Shown here: one piece after another, positions 21,910-29,712 of the stretch
Position numbering within the stretch: the first letter of the stretch is position 1
Layout of the letters: every line of letters begins with the position of its first letter
Assembly (NCBI GenBank): GCA_012862495.1
Contig: BLSG01000402.1
Coordinates: forward strand, 572,660-602,371
DNA length: 29,712 nucleotides
Source of the DNA: Thraustochytrium aureum
Lineage: Eukaryota
Direction of reading: 5' to 3'
Notes under the pieces: model-generated
The model's input: only the letters and a program-made list of their open reading frames with translations
Database searches by the model: none
What the model was told of the DNA's origin: nothing
Translations under genes and position numbers: made by a program

Positions 21910-23025
21910 TTACTTATCCAGGCCTCCATCCGAGTCGCCGTCGAGCTCGGAAAGAGACAAAGCGTCCATGCCGTAACTGGCGAGTGCCGAGGAGGTCTTC
22001 TCGCCGAACTCGGATCGCGGCAAAACCGCGGACTTGCCCACGGGGGCGCGAGCGGACCTTCCGCTGGGCAGGTCGGCGCAAGCCGGGTCCTCTGCGCTCC
22101 CCGAGCTTCCACGTGCAGACCCCTTTCGATTGTGACGGCTTGACGTCCGGCGCTTGGTACTTGGCGGATCGGATTCGCTTGCTTGAGAAGCCAGGCTTGA
22201 GCGTGTGCGACTCCCGATGCGCGTGGCAGCCTTGGCCAATTTGGCGAGGCGGCTTTCTTCTTCTTCTTCTTCTTCTTCTTCGTTTGCATCGTCGATGCTC
22301 TCGCCACGGTCCTGCCTTGACGGGGAGCTGCGACTCTTAGAGCCCCGCCGCCCCTCGTCGTTCTCCGCTCGCGAGTGTGAGCTCAGATTGACCAGTGCAC
22401 CCTGTGCCTCCTCGTCGTCCTCCTCTTTCTCCTCGTTAACATTATCTTCCTCCTCCTCCTCCTGCTCCTCCTCGCCGACCACGGCAGGTTGTGGCATACC
22501 AGCAACTCGTTTCCCTGCGCTGGACAGTGGCCGCGATGGACGTGCGACGGCCACAGAGTCTCGCACGCTACCCGCACTTCCATCGTCACTGCTGCCATCA
22601 GTCTCATCGCCCCGGCCAGTCCCGACGTCAGAGGCTGAGTCCTTGCCAGTGCTGCTGCGCGGGTTGCTTCGGATGGAGCGGGTGCTGCGCATGCGCCCGC
22701 CATTTCGGTCCATCTCCTGCGGCTCTGGGCGCTGGAGGATGCGCGCCTTGGCATCGTCAAACTCGAACTGTGTGAGGACGCCGTCGCGGAGGAACTCTTC
22801 GAGTTGGCGGATTTGCTCTTCCGGGCCAGCCTCCTTGACGCCAGCCTTGTGCGAGTGCACCCATGCTGGGAGCGCATCCAGCTCATCCACAGGCTGCTCC
22901 CCGGAATAGTTGCGCCCAGAGATTCTCACGCCGGGCTCATTCGACTTGTAAAACTTGAGGCGCGCCTCGGCCTGCTGGATCTCGGGCTGCGTGGCCCTGT
23001 TGGGTTCATCACAGCAGCACGACAT
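21910..23025 (-). CDS. Uncharacterised 371-aa protein: N-terminal MSCCC, SHOCT-like motif, long acidic/Ser-rich disordered tail
   Basis: Complete ORF. EEQIRQLEEFLRDGVLTQFEFDDAKARIL (~22735-22824) matches the SHOCT consensus (L..L..L...G.IT.EEF...K..LL). Poly-E tracts are present, and the antisense frame shows the Ser-rich shadow typical of real coding sequence. Confidence 0.8.
   Translation of the reverse strand: MSCCCDEPNRATQPEIQQAEARLKFYKSNEPGVRISGRNYSGEQPVDELDALPAWVHSHKAGVKEAGPEEQIRQLEEFLRDGVLTQFEFDDAKARILQRPEPQEMDRNGGRMRSTRSIRSNPRSSTGKDSASDVGTGRGDETDGSSDDGSAGSVRDSVAVARPSRPLSSAGKRVAGMPQPAVVGEEEQEEEEEDNVNEEKEEDDEEAQGALVNLSSHSRAENDEGRRGSKSRSSPSRQDRGESIDDANEEEEEEEEESRLAKLAKAATRIGSRTRSSLASQASESDPPSTKRRTSSRHNRKGSARGSSGSAEDPACADLPSGRSARAPVGKSAVLPRSEFGEKTSSALASYGMDALSLSELDGDSDGGLDK
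22255..22281. repeat. (TTC)9 microsatellite encoding Glu9 on the minus strand
   Basis: Pure GAA repeat inside the SHOCT-like CDS. Confidence 0.95.
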
Positions 23026-23241
23026 GGCCTGCTGGTCCCCGCGTCAGCCTGGCCGCCAACCCTTGGGCGACGCTCGTGTAGGACCGACGCGACCGCGTCC
23101 GTCCAGTCCTTGTGACCAGGCAAGCGTCTGTGCGCAGAGCGTCCTGCCGCGCCAAAACGACGAGACTCTGCCGGCCCGGGGCCGCTCACTCCGGCGCTGG
23201 GCTCGTAGCCTTGTGGCCAGCAGCTGCCTGCCCGCTCTTCC

Positions 23242-23428
23242 NNNNNNNNNNNNNNNNNNNNNNNNNNNNNNNNNNNNNNNNNNNNNNNNNNNNNNNNNNN
23301 NNNNNNNNNNNNNNNNNNNNNNNNNNNNNNNNNNNNNNNNNNNNNNNNNNNNNNNNNNNNNNNNNNNNNNNNNNNNNNNNNNNNNNNNNNNNNNNNNNNN
23401 NNNNNNNNNNNNNNNNNNNNNNNNNNNN
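23242..23428. other. Assembly gap or masked region (187 N)
   Basis: Run of N between the divergent SHOCT-like and monooxygenase genes. Confidence 1.
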
Positions 23429-24453
23429 CGTGCCGTGGAGAGTACTCTACTTACTCTGCCGCGTGGGTAGGTAGGAAGAGGAGCGGGTTGTGATCACGAT
23501 GGGGGCCGTGGCGTGCTGTTGGCCAGCCTGCGTGGCGTCTGGGAGGGCGCGAGCGCGAGTGGGAAGGCGAGGCTCAAGTTGGCTCTCTCGCCTGGCGCGC
23601 ACACCAGACGCCGACTGAAGGAGGGCCGCTACCGCCGTGCTGCGCTTGACTCGATCTCCTCCGAGGCGGCGTTGGCACTGGCAGGTCGGGTCTGAGAGGG
23701 GCGGAAGCATGCTTTGGAGGCTGTGGCGCCCTTGTCGGGAGGGCCAGGGGAGGAATGCGCTCACAGTTGCGGTGTGCGCCCGCTCCTCTCGGGAGAATAG
23801 ACGCCGCAACAACCAACTCCTGGACGCGTTCCTTCGAATAAGGTGTGTGCGGAACGCACAGAGGAATGTTGGTCGGACGCAGTATGGCCGTGCGTTCGTG
23901 TCCAACTCCACCTTTCAGAACTACTACCCAGGAGCTACTACCTTCTTGAAGTTGAGTTGTACATGGCGTCCAGCGCCAGCGCCTGAATGAATGCGCAGCG
24001 AGGAGAGCCTGAGGGCCACCGGCGCACCACGAGATTCCGTCCCGGCTCCTCCCAAGACGGCTCCTCCTTGCGCCTACCTGCTCCTACCTGCACTCCAACG
24101 TTCCAGCGTGAGACACAAAGCCAACGTCGAGCGTTGAATCGAGTGCCGGCGGTCCACACCGCGCTGACAACATCGAATCGCGAAGTCGCAATGTGAATGC
24201 GATCAATGAGATGAATGCAGATGCCGTAGTCGAACGCATGAGCGCGCTCAACGACTCACTCTAGACCAACCTACCCCACAGTTTCGTCGTTGGTGGGCAA
24301 AGTTGGAGCGGCTCAAACACCAAACGCGAAACGCCAACGCGAGGAGCGAACTGACGGCAAAGCGCAGAGCGGCTTTTCACGTCGAGCGTGGACGAGTGAA
24401 CGAGGCGGGCCGGCTTGCGAAACCTCAGCGCCGTGGTCGCCGGGACGTCGAGC

Positions 24454-27395
24454 ATGGGGCCAACCCGCACACGACGGGTTTTTGCACTGGTGTGCACAGC
24501 AGCCCTTGCGAGCGCGGCGAACGCGCAGCTGTGCAAAGACACCGAGCTGGGCTGGGACGGCGAGGCGGTACTGCACGAGGCCTCAAAGTTCACCGTGCAA
24601 TGGAAGTTCGAAGGGGACCAAGTCGTGCTGGCAGTCTCGGCGGAAAACGCCAACTGGGTCGGGTTCGGCATTGCCGAAGAGACCTCTGGCAGCATGCTGG
24701 GCGCTGACATCATGACTGGACGCTTTGCTGCAGACGGGCAACCGATTGTGGAAGACAGATTTGTGCCGTGGCAGTCGTTCCCGTTCGCGCCTTTCGGCAG
24801 CGAGTACACCTGGTACGACCAGAATGTCAAAATCGAAACGTCGCCGTCACTTGTGCCTGTGCGCGACTGCGAGCAGGATTGGACCGTGGAAGGAGGGGCG
24901 CGCACCGGGACCTGCACGCTCGTGATTGCTCGCCGCGCGATGGTCACGGAGGATACTGCGCATGACCGCCCGATCTTGGCCGGCAACACCACGCGCGTGA
25001 TATGGGCCTTTGGCAGCACACCTGGCGTCACGTACCACGGCGCTCAGCGCGGCTCTACGACGGTGTCGTTTAGCTCGCCGAGTATGCCCGTCGAGCCCGC
25101 CGCGCCGAACGAGTGCTCCGTCGAGCCCAACAACTGCACGATCGTGGACCTGACAATGACCAACTACCTCATTCCGGCTCAAGAGACGACCTACACGTGC
25201 CAGAGCTTCGATCTCTCCGAGCGAGAGGCCCACGTGATCAGGATCGAGCCAGTGATCGACAACGAGCCTTTCGTGCATCATATCCTGCTCCATGTTTGCC
25301 AAGACAACGAGTACTTCAGCAGCCACACCAGCCCGCAAACTTGCGGGGGTAGTAAAAATGGAAACAGTCCGCTGTCGGGACAGTGCCAGAGCCTGCTGTA
25401 CGCTTGGGCGGTGGGCGGCGGGGCCCTAGATCTGCCCAAGGAGGCCGGGTTTTTGATCGGAACGGGCGGTGCGAGACACGTCATCGTGGAGATCCACTAC
25501 GACAATCCGCGCGACTGACCGGCCAGCGGGACGCGACCACGATCCGGCTCACAACGACCACCGACAAACGCGAACACAATGCGGGTGTGATCCTTGCGGG
25601 CGACCCGACGACGGCTATGTTTACGCTGCCAAAGGGTGTGCCGTTAACGCACCGTGTGGGCGAATGTCCTGGAGAGTGCACTTCGACCTGGAGTGGGCCC
25701 ATCAACGTGTTTGCCTCTTTTCTCCACATGCACGCGTTTGGGCGAAGGATGTGGACAAACCGGGTCAACGCTGCCAACGAGCTGCAAGAGACGACCAACT
25801 CAATCGAGTTTTGGAACTTTGGCTTCCAACAACTCACCCCGGTCTCATACCAGGTCAACCCCGGCGATAGCCTGTTTGTGCACTGCGAGTACGACACGCT
25901 CAAGTGGCCGGCGGACGTCCGCTTTGGAGGCGGTAGTCTCGACGAGATGTGCATGGACTTTCTCTTCTACTGGCCCCTTCAGAAGGACAGCACCGGGGAG
26001 GACCTTACCATGTGCGGCGGCGTCCTCTCCATGCCTTATTTTGCAATTGGAGTACTTGGCATTTCTGAGCAGCAGTACGCATCCGTGGTCGCTTCAAACC
26101 CTGACATCCACTCCAAAATGGCTTCGTCGTATTGTGGCGGGGTGGTCATTGATGACAAATCCCACCACATGGAAAATATCGCCGGGTTCGACCTGCCCCT
26201 GCAGCGCACCGATCCCACATGGAACGGAACGCACTACCAGCGCGACTTTGAGTTTGCGCCGTTTGGCGCCGACTGCTCGGGTGCGTCGCTTGGCACGCCC
26301 CCTTCAGGCCCTGGCCCTTCGCCGAGCGACGACCCGAACTACGCGCTGATGTACAGCCCCCTCCCAGAAGGCATGACCCTTTACTGGCGCGTTATCGAAG
26401 AGACCTGCCAGCTCTCGATTCGCGTCTCCGTCCAAGGTGAGCGTTGGATCTCGCTAGCTATTGGCGACTCCATGAGCAACGCGGGCGCAATCATCGGCAT
26501 GGACTTGAGCCAGAACGGCGACGTCCCTGCAGAGGTTGCAGAGTACGCCATGACCGCCACCTCGCGCAGCGGGATCACCCCTTTCACGGGTAGCGCAGGT
26601 TTCGCGTCGGCAGACGACGTCGAGTTTGCGTTTGTGGCTGGGGGCACCACGCTTCGCGCAAATCTGACCTCGATCGCTGGCCGCAAGCTCAACCTTGGCT
26701 GTTCTGGTTCTGGCGCAGGTTCTCGCCGCCGCCTCGCAGCGGCCGCCCCGACCGTCGACTCGATCCTCCTCGCGTTTGGGCCAACGTTGAGCTTCGAGCA
26801 GCACAGCGCAGCCAGCCGCGGCGCGTTCACGGTCGACTGGGTTAAAGGGACGGTTGCTAGCTCCGGGAGCGACAAGGTGATCCAGGCGCATGCTTTCCTG
26901 ATGTCGATCGTGATGGGCCTTTTGCTCCCAGTCTTGGTCTTCTCCGCATCGTCCAAGCACTCGCGCTGGTTTGATGTACACCGCGGCGTCGCTGGCCTTG
27001 GGCTGCTGGTGTTTCTCGTCGCGCTGGGCCTCGGGGTTTCTGCTGTCTCCTCGCACGCCTCTACCACGCACCACAAGCTGGGCTTTGCAGTGCTGGCATT
27101 CTTCCTGCTCAACCCAGTCCTCGGCTTGTTGCGTCCTGACAAGGAGGCGCCGCGGAGGTTTGCCTGGCTCGTTGCGCACCGCTTGGTTGGGCTCTTTGTG
27201 CTGGCAGGGGGTTGGGCCAACGTCATTCTTGGTGCGGAGCTGGTCGAGCTGCGCCCCGAGTTTTTCGGGGCGTCGAGCGTTACCGCTGCATATGTCGTCG
27301 TGGCTGTCGGCGCGGTCATCATGTTTTCGGGGATGGCTCTTGGCGCTTACAAGAGCCAGTCCAGCGCAACGTCTGCCGTCAAGGCAGCAAAATGA
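24454..27395 (+). CDS. DBH/MOXD1-like copper type II monooxygenase fused to DOMON-cytochrome b561 (signal peptide-DOMON-Cu monooxygenase N/C-DOMON-b561), about 980 aa; -1 frame break at ~25508-25512
   Basis: Signal peptide VFALVCTAALASAANA. DOMON1: WVGFGI...SMLGADI...WAFG...YHG. Copper core: VHHILLHVC, YAWAVGG, EIHYDNP, FLHMHAFG, GDSLFVHCEYDT, DEMCMDFLFYWP. DOMON2: LYW...WISLAIGDSMSNAGAIIG...LLAFG...EQH. b561: AHAFLM, WFDVHR, HHKLG, GLLRP...WLVAHRLVG, plus hydrophobic helices. Confidence 0.9.
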
Positions 27396-27545
27396 AGTAG
27401 TAAAGTCATCGTACAGAGCAGCGCAATCTGAGCTTTTGAGGCCGCACCGCCCGTCTTTTAGCGTCGCGTAGAGTAACAACCCACCCAAACGGAGTACCTA
27501 CAGCAGAAGTCCTTGGCTTGGAGTGTTGTAGAAGGGCAACGTGTC

Positions 27546-27683
27546 NNNNNNNNNNNNNNNNNNNNNNNNNNNNNNNNNNNNNNNNNNNNNNNNNNNNNNN
27601 NNNNNNNNNNNNNNNNNNNNNNNNNNNNNNNNNNNNNNNNNNNNNNNNNNNNNNNNNNNNNNNNNNNNNNNNNNNNNNNNNNN
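27546..27683. other. Assembly gap or masked region (138 N)
   Basis: Run of N between the monooxygenase stop and the nicotinamidase-like gene. Confidence 1.
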
Positions 27684-28608
27684 TTGGGCAGACAGAATCG
27701 GGGCGGCCCGCTGCCAACCGCGAGCGCCTCTAGCGCTGCCAGCCGCGTGTGCCCAGCTGCCAGCCACGTGTACCTCTCGAGTGCTGGCTCCTTGGCGGTG
27801 CCAGCGCGTCCTCACATGCCTGCGTTCACGCCCGAACAAAGGGAGAAAGACGGAGCGGAGGAAGCTGGCGACTCAACCTACCAACAAGCTCGTACGGCAC
27901 CCACCGACCCTTCGTGGAGGTGGTCCGCCTCGTGCGAGCCCCGCCACGCCACTTGCGGTCGGTGTGCATGCAAGAAGCAAGATGCAACTAATTAGAAGTA
28001 AGCAGATGTACTCGTACTCGGGGACGAGCCCGTCCGCTGGCCGCATGCACGCCAACTCCACTCGACCGGGTTGCGGCGAGTTCGCCAGGCGACTATCCAG
28101 TGCCAATCGGAATGTCCCTAAGCCACTCCGCCATCTTTTGCACGGCATAGTCGCCATGAAACCACGCCCAAACCTCCCCGGGGGCACGCCGTGCACACTC
28201 TACTTAACTTGGACGCGGCTTTCGCAACGAAGATGTAATAGATTCTAGCATGCGTGCTTTAAAAACCACCAACAGGCTCTCGCTGAATAAAGACTACTCT
28301 CGAACATAGAGTGCTATCCTTACAGAGGGAGTTGGATGTCGATGTGCATGATGATGAGATTTGTAGTCCGGCCCAGCGCCCACGTGCTCGAGAGGGAGTC
28401 GAGACAAATCGCGACGAGGCCAAAGGGCCGCAAGAGCTCGCTCGTGCCAGACCCCGAAACCGCGATTCGCGGGTTGACAGGCGAGTTGGACCGGCGGGCA
28501 AGGGCGGGCGGCGGAGGATCGGGCCGGCAAGGCGCCCAAACGCAGGCGCCGAGTCGGCAGCCGACGCGAACTGGCTCGTGAGGGCTGCGGCCAGCGGAGG
28601 TCGCAGAC

Positions 28609-29469
28609 ATGCACCCTGCGTACAAGCGCAATGCGCCAACGGATTCCAGTGGCGACGCGCTCCTGATCATCGATCCGCAGGTGGACTTCCACACTGGCTC
28701 GCTGCAAATCCAAGCCGCTGCTGGCGACGCGAAGCGGATCGCAAACTTACTGGACAGGCACGCCTTCTCCGAGGTCTACGTCACGCTCGACACGCACCAG
28801 CGGTACCACATCGCCCACGGCATGTTCTGGCGAGACAAGAATGGGAATGCCCCATCGCCGTTCACAGAGGTCACCCCGGAGGACTTGAAGGCCGGTCGCT
28901 GGGTCCCCGTAAAGTCCGACAAGAAGACCAAGGACTGGTGCACCTTTTACCTCGATGCGCTGCGCGCGGGCGGCAAGGTCCTCACCATCTGGCCCGAGCA
29001 CTGCCTGGTTGGATCGCCCGGCGGGTGCGTTGTTCCCGTGATTGACGAAGCGCTCGCGCGCTGGGAGCGCAAGCACAAGTCCACCGTGACCTACATCCGG
29101 AAGGGGTGCAACAGCCTAACAGAGCACTACTCGGCCATGAAAGCTGAGGTGCCGCACCCCGAAGACCCCAGCACAGAGCTCAACACCGCCCTCCTCGCCA
29201 AGCTCAAAACGCACCGCTCCGTCTACATCTGCGGCCAAGCGCTGAGCCACTGCGTCGGCACGACCACGCAAGACCTCGCCGACAACTGGGGCAATCGAGG
29301 GCTCGACAAACTGGTCGTGGTCGAAGATTGCACATCGTCGGTGCCTGGGTTCGAGAAGCAAGGGCAAGAGTTCCTTGCGCGGTTCCGGGAGCGCGGCCTA
29401 ACACTTGCACGCGCTCCTGCCGAAGCGAGGGGTGGTGGATTCGCCAAGCTCGTTTGCCCAATATGGTAG
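28609..29469 (+). CDS. Nicotinamidase/pyrazinamidase-like cysteine hydrolase (isochorismatase superfamily), 286 aa
   Basis: LLIIDPQVDF (catalytic Asp), TLDTH and WPEHC (metal ligands), IRKG (catalytic Lys), EHYSA, ICGQALSHCV (catalytic Cys) and VVEDCTSSV. Confidence 0.9.
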   Translation: MHPAYKRNAPTDSSGDALLIIDPQVDFHTGSLQIQAAAGDAKRIANLLDRHAFSEVYVTLDTHQRYHIAHGMFWRDKNGNAPSPFTEVTPEDLKAGRWVPVKSDKKTKDWCTFYLDALRAGGKVLTIWPEHCLVGSPGGCVVPVIDEALARWERKHKSTVTYIRKGCNSLTEHYSAMKAEVPHPEDPSTELNTALLAKLKTHRSVYICGQALSHCVGTTTQDLADNWGNRGLDKLVVVEDCTSSVPGFEKQGQEFLARFRERGLTLARAPAEARGGGFAKLVCPIW

Positions 29470-29712
29470 CACGTGTGCCGGTTGCTAGCGCATCGATAGC
29501 ACATCGCAATGCAGGTTTTCCCGCGGGGCCCGCGGGGTGGGTCTGCGCAGACGATGCGGACGACGGCGCCGAGCAAGTACGTTTGGCGCGACAACGTATG
29601 CAGCAGCATCGGTTCTACGTCTGCAGCGGCACCTAGTCCCTATTTTTCTCGGGCTCCTACATTCCGGCTGCGCAACGAAACGTTGGATTTTGTTTGGCTG
29701 TCTTGCTTGGCC

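Noticed and set aside
23429..24450. Short ORFs in the SHOCT-like/monooxygenase spacer (e.g. 23637..23990, 23447..23911)
   Set aside because: No recognisable motif, convincing codon bias or splice structure.
6120..25520. Programmed ribosomal frameshifting or stop-codon reassignment as a genome-wide system
   Set aside because: The breaks go in both directions, share no slippery heptamer or Euplotes-like AAA-stop motif, and need a frame change rather than read-through. The complete genes end at standard TAG, TGA or TAA.
16209..29469. Metabolic gene cluster (glycosyltransferase, HACL1, monooxygenase, amidase)
   Set aside because: The predicted compartments differ (Golgi, peroxisome, secretory membrane, cytosol). 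I see no shared pathway or shared regulatory motif, so adjacency in a compact genome is sufficient explanation.

Overview
GC-rich, gene-dense, intron-poor eukaryotic genomic DNA with five N-gaps. Short GT-AG introns, a flagellate-associated LRRC49 and an 'RRRL' motif in a secreted protein fit a protist, plausibly a stramenopile such as a thraustochytrid; that taxon call is inference. Eight genes are supported: (1) a giant HUWE1/Tom1/UPL1-type E3 ubiquitin ligase on the minus strand, running off the left edge before its HECT domain; (2) a 71-aa two-exon single-TM microprotein that the ORF track misses; (3) LRRC49; (4) a type II membrane protein with two tandem GT14 (core-2/I-branching)-like domains; (5) a two-exon 2-hydroxyacyl-CoA lyase (HACL1); (6) a Cys-rich N-terminus/SHOCT/acidic protein; (7) a DOMON + copper monooxygenase + DOMON + cytochrome b561 fusion; (8) a nicotinamidase-like cysteine hydrolase. 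Four single-base frame breaks interrupt three of these genes and are most likely assembly indels. The best candidate for a novel system is gene 7: a DBH/MOXD1-like copper monooxygenase fused to its own predicted transmembrane electron supply. All family calls come from motif recognition; no database searches were run.
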